Assembly: GCF_964204645.1 (NCBI RefSeq)
Contig: NC_134025.1
Location: 16,715,101-16,779,100, forward strand
DNA: 64,000 bases
Source of the DNA: Tubulanus polymorphus
Lineage: Eukaryota > Animalia > Nemertea
Reading direction: 5' to 3'
Part shown: one piece after another, positions 11,001 to 23,521 of the stretch
How the letters are laid out: each line of letters opens with the position of its first letter
Position numbering within the stretch: the stretch's first letter is position 1
Program-made: the position numbers and the translations under genes
Notes under the pieces: model-generated
What the model saw: only the letters and a program-made list of their open reading frames with translations
Databases searched by the model: none
Told to the model about the DNA's origin: nothing

Positions 11001-13980
11001 TGTAGTAGATGTTTGATAATCGTTGCATTTAGTATAAACGGGGAGGAAGTTGCACCAAACAAAACAACACAGAACCGATACTCAACGAATGGACTTTCAG
11101 GATAGCTTGGATCAGACAACCACAAAAATCTAGTGAAGTCTTTGTCGTTACCTAAAGAAATCTGTAAGAAAGCCTTTTCTAAATCACAAATGGCAGCATA
11201 CTCGAATAACCTGAAGCGTAAAAGAATGGATGAAATGTCATTCTGTAAGGCAGGGTCGGGCTCAAGACAGTCGTTGAAACTAGGAGAGTCAGAATTTTCA
11301 TGACAACTGCAGTCATACACGATGCGAATCGGCGTTGTAGGCGAGTCTTTAAACACGGGGTGATGAGGAATATAGTGGCATTTTCCCTCATAACGAACTG
11401 TTTCGTGAAGAGGAATTCGTTCAATGATTTTGAGGGATTCTTGTTCGTGGATAATTTTGGAATACAAACGTAACATGTCTGGATCTTTGCCTAAACGTCG
11501 AGCTGTTTTGCGAGTGCGAGTCATGCATATATCATAATTGGTAGGCAGTGATTCGTGCTCAATTTTCCAGGGAAATGGAGCTATGTATCGACCATTGTTT
11601 TGTTGAATAATGGTCTCGGAGTAACGTTGCATGAAATCAGTTTCACTTTCCAGGATTGCTATTTTATCATCTATCCCTAAACATTCTATTTTCCAAAACT
11701 CATTCAGGTTTTGCTCGGAATGATTCTCTACTAAGCTAATCATGGAAATATATTGAGAACTAGGATTTGGATATTCTACTGGACCAGATAAGACATAACC
11801 TAGTTTTGTTTTTACGGCAGTAAGGGAATTAGAATCCACATCTTTAATACAATGACCGTCTACTATTTTGTAGTAATTATCTGCACCTATCAAAATTTGG
11901 ATTGTGAAGGTACCATCTCCTGGGGAATGTGCTAATTCGAGATCACGAAGGTGAGAGTAATACTTGTGTTATAGAACTAACGTCAATTGGAGTCGATATC
12001 GTAGGAAATACTAATAATTCTAATTGTACCAAGCTGCCATCTTTACAAACAATGTGAAGATTTACTACACTAAGAATTTGATGACCAGAGTTCGTCGAAC
12101 CAAAACCAGAAATGTTAAGTTCTTCTTGCCTCAATGGTCGAAGATTGAGTTGTTGCGACAAGTCATGAGAAATGAAAGATCTCTGAGAACCGTCATCGAA
12201 AATTATGTTAGCGAGTGGACGGAGTTGAGGATATTCAGGGTTGAGTACGGGCGCTATTGCTGTCTTTAAAAGTATTGTACTATGACCTTTTGTGAATAAC
12301 GTAGACACTGACTTTCGCTGTGTCAATTGATAAGGATACGTCTGCAGTTGGTTGATGAGACTTAACCGAGTTCAACATTGAATCACCCTGTTGCTGTAAA
12401 GGCGACTGATCCCTGTCAACGTTCGAATGAGCATTTGAAGTATTGGTAGCCAACAACTGTCGAAAGCCTGAAATTGATGAGAAGATACAATTGGATTATC
12501 AAGTACTTGATTATTTCTTGATTAAGCTTGAAATATGATGCACAAATGCTAGTGTGATGTCTTCTTTTACACAATCTACAATTATATCGAGATTTACAAG
12601 CTAATATGAGATGCGGACCTAAACAGTTGAAACATAATTTATTTGATTTTATATGAGCAACCCTATCATCCACAGATTTCAAATTCGAACAGTTTTCTGA
12701 GTTATGGTCTTTAGCCTTACAATATGTCCAATGCACAGATTTCGATTTAACAGTAAAATTTTGATCGTCTAGGATTTCGGAGTACGTTTACAGGTTGTTT
12801 CTGATTAGTGAACAATGTTGAAACTGATGGTTCTCGCTTCCCTGCTCCAGGTTCTAAAATATCTAATTCATTAAACAGAAATTGTCGTATTTCATTCAGG
12901 GAAAATCTTCTATTGCCATGAAAGCGAACAATATTACTTCTGCATTCTGGTGGCAATTTATTCAAGATTAAAGAAACTAACATATCTCGGTATGACATAT
13001 CGCCAAAGTTTTCTAACGCTTGTACGTGACACTCAAAGTTATCTGTGAATTTCCTCATCGAGAAAGAGTTATACGAAGGAATTGGTTCGGACATTAACGC
13101 TTGCATATGGCTGTCGATGATTTTATGTTCCTGGCCAAAACGTCGAGTCAAAATATCAATCGCATGTATGTAATTTGCGTCAGTTAGTGTCAACCCTTGA
13201 ATGCAATCCAGAGCTGGATCGCACAATAATGGTTTCAAATGCTGAACATTCGGAATCGAATGTATTGAATGAACGCCATTGAAAGAGTCCCAGAATGGTA
13301 ACCATTTCATAACATTTCCGTTGAATGTGGTAAGTTCTTATTTCGGGAGATTAACTTTAATTCGGGTGTTTGAACTGTTAATATCTGACGGACAGTTTGG
13401 AGACGTTCGCGCATTAGCATATTGTTCGTAAAACAACTTACGGTCTTTCACTTTGGAGATTACATCCTCCGCCTCTTCCGACACTTTCATGTACATTTCA
13501 TCGTTGTCGATCATCTCCAACATGGATTCGTTAATTATTTCGAGTTCTCGGATTTTGTCTTGTAGCTGACATGAACTACGTTGAAGTTTTTTTATGTCTG
13601 GTGGCTGGCAGGTTTGGCTGTTCGTGATCTCGTCGGCTACGTTGATGATCTTAGTAGATTGAGCTCTCTGTGCAGTTCTTTTTCTCACCAACGCCTGATA
13701 GTTGCTAGATTTCAAGATTTTTGCCATTCTGAACGGCTCGAGGGACCAAAATGTGCCGTTTTCCCTCAGGTTAAGTCCTCGACAAGACTACAGACACGAA
13801 CTCTGGTATAGACTTGACATATATATATAGATTTTATTTTGCAGTTTGGGTACTTATAGTACGTACAGTCATGCTCATTGAACTATGTTACAGAAAATCA
13901 GTCAACTACGCAAAGCAGTTACAACTGTGTATAATACATGAACATATGATACATAAATCATAATACATAAATCTTCAACA
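8024..13980 (-). mobile_element. BEL/Pao LTR retrotransposon 1, decayed
   Basis: LTRs 8024-8313 and 13752-13980, sharing ~220 bp. PBS-like tggtccctcgagccg on the minus strand (~13735-13749). PPT-like gccccggagga next to the left LTR. Imperfect 5-bp TSD ctgaa/ctgat. Confidence 0.92.
8333..13727 (-). pseudogene. BEL/Pao gag-pol (DUF1759-like gag, Zn knuckles, protease, RT, RNase H, integrase), broken by frameshifts and stops
   Basis: WLPFWDSF, LCFNCLGPH..C, IFDDGSQRSFI, YIPHHPV, RIVYD, DLEKAFLQ, YVDN, YDPLG, HVFADAS..AYG, IPRLELC, GVDLTG, SDNASTF, PWMGGYWERLV. Confidence 0.93.
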
Positions 13981-14985
13981 CTGATGAAAAGTTTAGTCAG
14001 CTGAAATATGATATCCACCAGAAAGCTAAATCTCCATTAATAGATGCTGGAATTCCTTGTGTCTCCTTGTTTGTACTCGACTACATGCATTTGGTTTGTT
14101 TGGGCGTGGTGCGTCGGCTATTAATGTTCTTGACAGGAAAGGGTGGACCAAGGTTTGCAGGTTATCTCGATTGCAGATAACACAAATATTGACTAAACTT
14201 GGAAAACTTCCTACAGAATTTGCAAGACAACCGAGAGGTTTGGATGAATTATACCGTTGGAAGGCTACCGAGTTACGGCAATTTCTCTTGTATACGGGGC
14301 CTGTAGTATTATGTGATGTTGTTTCGCCGGACATCTATGAACATTTTCTGACTCTATCAATCTCTATGTCAATACTTTTGAACCCTATTCATGATATTAG
14401 GAATGGCATGATACAGTTTGCTCGAGATCTTCTTCAATATTTCGTGCGTAAGAGTCTGGAGTTATATGGAAAAACTTTTTGTACCTATAATGTTCATTCG
14501 CTTGTACATCTACATGAAGATGTTCAGTTCTTTGGTTGTTCTCTCAACAGTATTTCATCATTTTCATTCGAAAACTTCTTACAAATTTTAAAGGGCATTG
14601 TAAGAAGTTCTCTGTCACCACTCGTTCAAGTTTGCAAACGACTACAAGAGGCAGAAAGGAATGATACCAAGTTATATCACAAAAAAGAAAGGCCAACAAG
14701 GATATGTTCAGATGACAAAGACAGTGTCTTTCTTCTCATTGCTACGGAAGAAATTTTGATAGTGAGGGAAGAACTCTACAGTTGTTTTGTTTGTGATGTT
14801 GTGAAGTTGCAGAATTATGAAAGCTTTTTTGAACAGCCGTATGATTCAAGAATCGTGAACATTTTCTATGGGTCAAATCTCAAATTTCGCAGAAGATTAG
14901 TCGAAAAAAGTTTTTTGAAAAACAAAGTTGCGTCTTAACCTTATGATGATGGCTGGGTTTTTATTCCACTCTTCCAAACTGAATA
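13981..14985 (+). pseudogene. EnSpm transposase, 3' part
   Basis: (R)TDEKF..LDYMHLVCLGVVRRL, LPTEFARQPRGL..RWKATELRQFLLYTGPVVL, YNVHSLVHL, SSFSFENFL. Confidence 0.88.
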
Positions 14986-15420
14986 AATCGTGTACTATAT
15001 TTCATAAAATGTGAGTCTATTTACATCTGACAGTTGTGGTTTTTGTTGTCATAGCTCAAACCACTCATGTTGTGAAAAGCACTAGAATAAAATTTGCAGT
15101 AGAAATTTTTTCGAAATTCCATTCAGTGTTTTAGAATTGGTTGGTTACGTAGCTATTAGTTATTTTTTGTTATAGTGACATGACTCGTTTCAATACTCTA
15201 CATATCAACAGGGCCTTACCTAGCATTTAATTTTAGGGATTCGTAAAATCCGATAAAGGGCAGTTCTATTGGATTTAACATTAATATTTACAAACTTCTA
15301 GGGAGGGGGCGGTTGTTCATTCAACTGCTGCTAGGTATGGTCTTGGTCAAAAATTAATGTAGAGTTGGTTCTAGGCCTGTATCGATGTGTTCGTCTCAAT
15401 AAAAATACAGTAGTAATTAC

Positions 15421-15474
15421 GGTAAACCTTGGGTATACCTGAGAGTCAACCTTCGGGTATACCCAAGGTTTACC
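15421..15474. repeat. Foldback with a perfect 19-bp inverted repeat (mini-MITE-like)
   Basis: ggtaaaccttgggtatacc (15421-15439) / ggtatacccaaggtttacc (15456-15474). Confidence 0.85.
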
Positions 15475-17118
15475 ATGAATTGTGGATTTTTGCTTCAGAT
15501 GTGGGTGAGTGCCGTTTGGAGGGAGGGAAAACGAACATTCCTAGGTACAATTCCCGAATGCTGGATAATTAATGGAGAAGTAAATTGGCCGAATGTTACT
15601 GATGCCACTGACATCATAGCAGAGATGAGACTACCCGGAGCTAATTGGCGGCGATTTAAATTGATAAAAATTAAGATGAAATCAAGTGAGTTAATTAGTT
15701 ACAAGTGTTTCAGATATTCAGTTTTTGGTCAAAATGACGATTTTATATACATAACATTACATGTGTTTCTATTTCATCAAATCTTTTCTTACCAGAACTT
15801 TAGGATCTTAAGTCAACATAGATTACTTTATCGTGAGACAAATGATTGGTTTTTAAGCCTATTTTCATAAAAAGGAAGATTGTGACGAGTGTGAAACCAC
15901 AACTGAAGAATCCGATGTTCCGCAAGAAAAATGACCAATAAAGAATAGAAAGTTCTCGGATTGCGAATCGAATCCTGATATCAGCGGTAATGATTGTACT
16001 AAAAAACTTACATTGTAATAGTCTAAGGATAGTGCTCTCCTCACTGCCCCCATAAAATCCAAAATGAATAAAATATAACGCATGAGTTGTTATGGTGGAC
16101 TGATTGTAGACCACGTCAATGAAATTCTCAGTGCTTTACTATACAAGTATTATGTCTAATATTGGTAATCCATTCAATCAGCAATCACATATCAAACCCA
16201 TCAATTTACTATAGAAAAAAACAGGGATTGGAACTTTTCATTGTTTTAAACGTTTCATCATCATGTTCGTATTTTACAACAGATTTTGTATAAGTAATTT
16301 AGTCTTCAATTGGCTGGGATATACGAAAAAATCAGAAAAATGGTCAGAAGATGGTTCAGATGATTCATATAATAGCCTTTGGAGTTGGTTAGGACTGTAT
16401 GGAATGGCAGGAATCTTTGGTAAGTGTTACTTGAATAATGTATTCATGACCATTATGTTCAATTTAGGTTTAGAAGAACGTGGTTCGGATATAAGCGATA
16501 CTGATATAGAAATCCTTGAGGATGATGACGGAGACACATGTGAGTACTAGGCATGTTCATATATTGAAGGTTTAGAGCAAAAACACAGGACAGTTGTTTA
16601 ATTAAAACACAAATTCAACTCAACCAAATTGCTTAATAAATATTTGATAAGATTAGAACTTGATAAAACTGCGCAATAAATCGCGAGAGACGAATGAAAT
16701 ATGAGTCCCACAATCACAAGTTCGAAAAAGATTTAAAACATCAAAACTATAAAGAATTTATTAAAAACTCGAATTTTCGGTTTTATCCTGAAAACCATTT
16801 AGACAAATTGAAACCCACTCTCAATGCGCTTAACACTGATATCATAGTCAAGTATAATAACAAAATCTCATTTATCCAAAAATACATGTAACGCTCTGCC
16901 CAATACTCATGCCGGTGTTTATAAAATCTCTTGCTCAGATTGTGATAAATCTTATATAGGTGAAACTAGTCGCTCCCTCAGCATTCGTATTAAAGAGCAT
17001 AAGAAAGATATTATTAATCAAAAACCCCAAAGTGCTGTGGCTACCCACGTTTGGGATACCAATGGTCATCAATGTGATTTTGATAATTCTCGTATAATTT
17101 TTCCGTCTCACAGTATTA

Positions 17119-17773
17119 GGCCACACCAAAAGAAAACCCTGTTTCTCGGGCCCGACCGACCCGATATTTCGTCATTTCAAATAATTATTTTCGAAATAAA
17201 ATAAAATTGCCTACCGACCCTATTTCAAAATTGTTGATGAAATAACTATTTTCAAAAATATATATGTGGCCGACCGACTACAAAGTTCTCCATTCTCGTA
17301 AATATTTTCTCTTTTTCGTGAAATCGTGGATGTCGGCACCGAGACGACATGATAAAATTATCTTATTACATCGGATTTAACAATTTTATAATGGATATGG
17401 TACTTGTGTGCTCAGACAACGTTGCTAATCAGATATTGATGGCGACCTTGGATTGTAAAATTCCAGGAATTCCGTATACAATATATTATACGCCTATTCA
17501 AGATTTTGATGATTTTCTTTTTATAAACAGTCTCCAAGTGTGAAATATAATACAAACACATCAACTTCCCTTTATTATTGTGGTCGTCTAGCTGCTAATC
17601 ATATTTTTTAACTGGAAATTTGGTCCCGCAAAAAATTATTTACGGCGACCTATCCACTGTCAGAAGGATACCCGAATTTTTTTTTCCATAAAAAGAAAAA
17701 AAAATTCCCTACCGACCTACCCATTTTGGTGATTGCCCCGCCCGAGAAACAGGATTTTTTTTTTGGTGTGGCC
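17119..17773. mobile_element. PIF/Harbinger-type MITE inside Penelope 2
   Basis: TIRs ggccacaccaaaa..cctgtttctcgggc / gcccgagaaacagg..ttttggtgtggcc. TSD TTA. Removing it restores the in-frame peptide H-S-I-T-R-R-H. Confidence 0.88.
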
Positions 17774-17985
17774 TTACCCGACGTCACATAGTTGAGTCGG
17801 CTTTAATAAATTCCCATTCAAATTCCTGTGTCAATGGTAACCTTGGTTTCTCCCCTCATAATAAACTTTTGTCCCTATACATTTCCTCTCTGGTTAATAG
17901 CTTTATAACTGGTTACCTAGTTTTCATGTGCAATAGTGTGTGTCGTTCTTACTGGTATATATACTGTGAAATATCATTATTTTAG

Positions 17986-18030
17986 TCACTCGTCAGAATG
18001 GTTTTTAGGATAAAACCGAAAATTCGAGTT
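17986..18030 (+). ncRNA. Degenerate hammerhead ribozyme in the Penelope 2 pLTR
   Basis: actcg-tcagaat-ggtttt..aaaacc-gaaa-att-cgagt. Helices I and II are present, but the CUGAnGA core is mutated differently in the two pLTR copies. Confidence 0.45.
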
Positions 18031-18363
18031 TTTAATAAATTCTTTATAGTTTTGATGTTTTAAATCTTTTTCGAACTTGTGATTGTGGGATTCATATATC
18101 AAGTTTAGAACTTGCTTAATTCAGATTTAACTTCGGGTGATATATTAGTCTATGTAACCGGGAACCATTTGAACTATGAGTCAATTGGTTTTAACTTAAA
18201 TTTAATCTGAATTTAAGTGAGGACTCAAGAGCTACCAACTGTTCTTGATTTTCGGCATTTGTATTTTATAACCAGAAATAGTGATTTGATTTTTTTTATC
18301 CGTACAGAAAGATTTTGTTGATGGTCTTATGAAAATAGTTGATACTAATTGCAGTCTTGAATA

Positions 18364-18582
18364 TAATTGCGTTAACACCCACAATTAAGATTCTAAAAGC
18401 ACACCGCTATTCATCTATCCCCCCCCCCCCCAACACAGCCAGTGCGTCCAGCCAGCTACTTGGGAGAGACTAAACAGTACTCAGATTTGACCCCTGAGTC
18501 CGCCACTGCCACCCGAAATGTTAGAATAAAACGATAGCTATTGTTTCTGTGGGAATCTATATTGTGGGTGTTTACGCAATTA
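18364..18582. mobile_element. Small MITE-like element
   Basis: taattgcgttaacacccacaat / attgtgggtgtttacgcaatta, ~22-bp inverted repeat with 1 mismatch. TSD not established. Confidence 0.55.
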
Positions 18583-21100
18583 CAGTTGATGACTGATTAA
18601 TTTGAACAGAAATATGAAAGATGTTACTGGGGGTCTTACTGTGGATAAATGATTAATCTGAATATTTACTTTCATATTTCAATAAAATGATACTAAGAAA
18701 ATTCAATTTGTTACTAATAGTACTTCTCCCAAGTTCACAGGCCGGGGTGGTAGCGTATTTCACTATTTGTATGTGTATTTACAACCTAAAAAAATCAATT
18801 ATTTCTTTTTCAGCCAAAATTGAACGTCCAGCTCCACCTGTTAAATTAATGAGAACGGGAAACTTCAAGTTTATTTCGTCAGCATCATCAACTGGTTCAT
18901 CCAAGTTCATTTCTCCACCACCGTCTCCTACATTTCTACGACATATTTCGCCAAGCCATCAAAATTTAACCTCAACGTCACCAAGATCAAGCTAGCACAA
19001 TCTTATTTCGACCCCATCACCATCACCAAATTCAAGCCAACTCAATAAAGCCTCAAAGTCACCAATGCTAGGATCCAGCTATCGCAAATTTATCCTCGAG
19101 ATCCCCATCGACAGCTGATTGTTTTCATCTTAATGATGCCACTAAATTCTCAGTGATTGAAACAAGGGGTGGTTTAGAAGGTCCAAACCCCTGCCTTTTC
19201 GGAAGCGTGCCCTTTCGAAAAAATAAATGGCACAAATTTGAACCTGCTCCTGACCCCAATCAATGTCTTTGTCTGCTTTGTTACTTTAAAGGTTTTATTT
19301 GGCATTTAAGATGGCTGATTATTGTTACTACTCATTCACAGTATGATGCTAGGGTTAAATTTTCTATTGTTAATCAAAAATTTCAATTCAATCATTGTTT
19401 TTCTGCCAGTCCATTTTCTATTCTTTCTTACAGAATTTCAGCGAAAGGTTTTACATAATCTGATGGAAATAAAAGAAATGGTTGGAGTGCTTTCACTAAG
19501 TCTGACACTGATATTCAGTCTCCTTTCAAATTGTGTGCCCTAGATGATGATGAAACTACAGACCTGTGCTGTTATTTCTCTTGGCTGACAAAATTCTATA
19601 GAATTTGCATGTGTGCTACCGTAGTTATCATGGGTAATATCTCTTAGACTATCATTTCAGGTGAAACAGCTTAATTCTTTGGGTGGTGCAGATCATGGAG
19701 ATTTTATAAGGCGATCCATGCAAAGGTAAGTATTCTCTCACCAAGATAGTTTGAAACTTCTGTAATAGATATGAAATGTCCTTAGACAAAAAAATGGGAG
19801 ACACACGCAAATCTCTGTTAGAGGTCAGTAACTACTGTATTTGCACCTGGGCCACTAAATATTTTAATTGTCAGATTGTCGAGCATCTTATTAAGTGACC
19901 ATGGTTTCTCTGTCTATAATCTATAATCTTTTATCTAATAAACAAACAAACCATGGATAGATATAGCATGGTTTATTTTCTTAATAATGTTCTGCCAGCT
20001 CCCTCAAAAATCTCAACTCGAATTCCACTTCTTCATTGATTTTGTTCTGGTGCCATTACATTCGAGTTGACAGGTTTCCATTGTGGCGAGTTTCAAGGTC
20101 AAGCAATGAATGTTAAATTGTCATATAAATGATCATTTCAAACCACTTCTCAAGTAGCCATGGTGTCCCTGAACCCCTAGTTTCTATGAAAGTTCCCGTA
20201 AAGTTCTAAAATATGAATGTACACTTTAATTTGAACTAATAAACAAACGATTTTTCAAAAGGTGAATTACAACTCCCATCCACCTTATTAAGCATTTCAC
20301 CTTAATGCGTGGTCTCAACTTTTTTTTAGAATGTTAACGAACAAGCTGATGAGCTTCTTTAGTCTGAAAGGAAATAAAGGAAAGTTTACCTTCGAAAACT
20401 TAAAAATCTATGAAGCTCTAAAAGGTAAAATGACTAGGACTAAATGTACAAATCACCATTATGTAATAATTGATTTTCGAATATAGCATCACCCTTTTAT
20501 TAGGCCTACGTCTTAAACCGGTTTTAATGCATTATTATTGTAGGTTGTTTTTTACTGTTACTACAACCGTTATGTATTGATTGAAATTCAAAAAAGTTGG
20601 TTTATTGGTATGCACTTTTACTATGGCTTGGCTAATTGAATTGTGTCCATTATCGCACATTAAAACGAAATCCTTGTATGCTATTCTATGCACATTTACC
20701 TGCCCTCCCATTCTCCTCTGCCCTCCCCAATAAGCATGATATGTACGGATTACCACAACATATATAATTTTCAATCAATTACAAAATCCGTTTTATAATT
20801 TTATTTTCAGAATCTGCTCAGTTGCAGTTCAACGTCACAAAATTTCAGGTCGATGAAATAATCAGCAGCCACCTTCGCTACGCTCCTGATAGAAAAGGTG
20901 GTGGTGGTCGTGCAACCAATTAAGCGTCCTCAATAATTTTTTTCTGGCGGGTGCCATCTTGTTTTCTTCCTTGTTTGTGCAGAAGTGTTCGTTTTCTTTT
21001 TTTGCGCAAATTGCTCCTATTTGAGCCATCTCTTGTTTACTTACAGTATAGATGGATTCATATAAAACTGTCTTAAATTCTGTTCAAATTAAGTAGATAA

Positions 21101-21296
21101 GGCTAAACAAAAATTATACCTTGTTTCTCCGCAGCGGCCACGTGATTTTTGTAAAATATGATAAAATTTGTAATCAGTTCATTTCTATAACTGCCGGGCC
21201 TGTTATTGTTAGCTTGATCAGGGTAGAAAGGCGGCCGGCCGGGTCAACTTTTAAGCTCAGCAGAGCGGAGAAACAAGGTATCAATTTTTTTTAGCC
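21101..21296. mobile_element. PIF/Harbinger-type MITE
   Basis: TIRs ggctaaa..ataccttgtttctccgc / gcggagaaacaaggtat..tttagcc. TSD TAA. Partial inverted copy at ~23920-23996. Confidence 0.82.
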
Positions 21297-21792
21297 TAAA
21301 TTGAAATAGATAATGTAGTATATATGTAAGGATTGACAGTTCTGTGTATGGGCTGAGAAACTTTGTTAATCGATCATTGATTGCCATTGGTGTACAAGTA
21401 GCTACAAGTAATTTGTATTTGATATGACAATCATTTTAAGCTGCTCAGTTGCAGTTCAACGTAACAAAATTTCAAGTTGATGAAATAATTTGTTAAAATT
21501 GTGATGAACATTTGCAATAAAAACTATTGTTTTGTATTTGTATATACGTATATCCTGGTTCTTCAATGATGTAGCCGGTTCAATGTAGGATCAACATTTT
21601 TCGGAAAGCAGTGTAGAAACAATGTCAATTTTCGATATCCGATGTCATTAAGATTGCATAGATTCATTGGTTGTCTCATCTTTCATATGCCACTTCAATT
21701 TAACAAAAAGTGCAACATCGAGAGGAAAGACAATTTCAAAATTGTTTGAACATTGAGGGGTTTACTGGGAATAGTCTACCGGTATTGAATAT

Positions 21793-22098
21793 TAGGGATG
21801 TTTCGCAAACAAACAAATACGTTAATGGTTACGGATATATCGATATGGTGGCCTTTGAGGGGTATGTCAATCGAATTGTCTCGACAGATAACGTTGATAA
21901 CGTTGATAACAGTCAACCCCCCATATACCATCACCCCACGCTTTACGCCAAGGGTTCCCGTGGAACATTTGCATCTGCCCCAGATATAACGCCATACCGC
22001 AAAAATCATTATGTACCGATGTGGGCGGTATATCGGAGGTCGACTGAACATTTTGCATATCGACGTATCCGTATTCGGTGGTTTGCAAAACCTCCCTA
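21793..22098. mobile_element. MITE with TAGGG termini (hAT-like)
   Basis: tagggatgtttcgcaaac..aatacg / cgtattcggtggtttgcaaaacctcccta. No 8-bp TSD found. Confidence 0.55.
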
Positions 22099-22114
22099 AT
22101 CATCATCTATCTAA

Positions 22115-22812
22115 CTTGAAGAATCTGGTGAATCCGAAAATGAAAATACTGATGAATCCGAAAATACTGATCTGAGTCCAAAAAGAAAACGAAGCAGAAA
22201 AAAAACACGAAGATGTATCATCATGGAAGAAAAATGTCCGTAAAAGAATTTATTGGAATGTTCCCAAGTACGAGTCACACTACACAAAGGCCCAACAGGC
22301 GGATAGAAAAAATACCTTGCACCAGTCTTGAAATTAAATAATTGAGACAATTAAGAGGATTTGTGTACATCTGTAGCTGATGAGCCAGTTTCAGATTAGA
22401 AATTCCGTGATATATTTCACATGTCATTCCAAAGTCCCCTCAAAGACACATGTAAACGATGCGACTTACTTACTATGTACATCCAAGAGGTCGAGCAAAC
22501 CGGGGATATGGTAAAACTCCGTGAAAAACAAACACAGAAGGAAATGCATCTTCGCAAAGCTGAGTCAGCTCAAAATGTAACAAAAATAACTGTCAAAAGG
22601 CAAAAAATGAAGAGTTAACAACCTTCTGTTACCATCTGCAGAAAACTCTACCTACACCTGTGTTAACTACAGGAATTGTATACTACAAGCTGCAACTATG
22701 GATGTATAATCTTGGCATACACGATGCTGCTACTGCAAATGGATGTATGTATATGTGGGACGAAAGCCATGGATCAAAGGGTCCTAAAGAAATAGCGTCA
22801 TGCTTAAGAAAA
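22115..22812 (+). pseudogene. Sola-like transposase relic, internally deleted
   Basis: SWKKNVRKR, FQSPLKDTCKRCD..HLRKA, LQKTLPTP..YYKLQLWMYNLGIHD..MYMWDESHGSKGPKEIASCL. Confidence 0.75.
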
Positions 22813-23521
22813 CTATATATCTGACAAGCCGGACTGGTCTAACCCACTGGCATAATGGTACATCCCAATATCTGATGGGCCAAAGTGGGACATCCCAATT
22901 AGGTTATTTTTGGAAGGTCAAGGGCATGTCTAGGGGTCATCTAAGGTTAACAGGAACTTTGTGACAGAAAACCCAAATGGTACTCTCTATCATCAAATAA
23001 CGTTTTTTCACACATGACCAATCAAATAATGAGAATTTTTTAACTTTGGATGCATTTTTCTCAAAAACATGAAAAAAGGGATGAACCGGTCTGGTTCTTG
23101 ACGGCTCATTTTGCATAGATAAATCAACAAACACATAATACTTTTCAAAATCTGTGTTTAGTAAAATTTCTTTCAATAAAATAAATATTTATTTGACTTA
23201 TTTTTGAGCGAGCCTATTTTAATGGTAGCAGATCGATAATCATTCGTACGCTTAATACACTACGCTCAACGCTATTTTTGGCACGCTCAAACGCAATTTC
23301 AGTAGCCTGTGATTTCACTACTAATGGGCGAATTGAACGTTTTAAGCAAAAATATATTTCGTAATTTGGTTTTTCTTTATGGTGCGCAAAGTTGAAAGGC
23401 GTGGGTTTCATATTTTTTGAGAAATTTACCAAATTTACCAATTTACTTGAGCAAGTTTTTTATGCAGCATCTTTAACGGTCCAAAATTACACATGTGAAA
23501 AGTCAATGCTATTTGTATCGG

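Larger units (their letters stand above)
16663..18100 (+). mobile_element. Penelope-like retroelement 2: short 3' fragment with GIY-YIG, inverted pLTR and 32-nt tail
   Basis: ~110-bp inverted repeat 16695-16804 / 17992-18101. TSD aag[a/t]ttagaacttg at 16649-16662 and 18101-18114. GVYKISCSDCDKSYIGETSR..RIKEH..RRHIVESALI..GFSPHNKL. Confidence 0.88.
15499..20923 (+). pseudogene. Spliced second gene of the EnSpm element, DUF4806-like C-terminus; middle exons uncertain
   Basis: Exon 15499-15685 (MWVSAVW..GTIPECWI..VNWP, donor gtgagt). Exon near 19431-19480 (FQRKVLHNLMEIKEM). Exon 20330-20424 (MLTNKLMSFFSLKGNKGKFTFENLKIYEALK) is phase-compatible with exon 20811-20923 (ESAQ..SHLRYAPDRKGGGGRATN*). 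Confidence 0.68.
5887..21769 (+). mobile_element. Animal EnSpm/CACTA-type DNA transposon with CCC termini
   Basis: TIR cccagtaaacactcaa (5887) / ttgaggggtttactggg (21753-21769). 2-bp TSD AA. Carries a transposase and a spliced second gene. Confidence 0.87.
5400..23107 (+). mobile_element. Sola-like DNA transposon, outer host of the nested cluster
   Basis: 30-bp TIRs GAGCCGTTAAGAACCAAACCGGATCATCCC (5400-5429) and 23078-23107, 3 mismatches. 4-bp TSD ATTT (5396-5399, 23108-23111). GAG..CTC termini. Transposase relic inside. Confidence 0.82.

Noticed and set aside
8330-13811. Plus-strand ORFs over BEL 1 (and minus-strand ORFs over BEL 2)
   Set aside because: Antisense shadows of gag-pol with no recognisable motifs.
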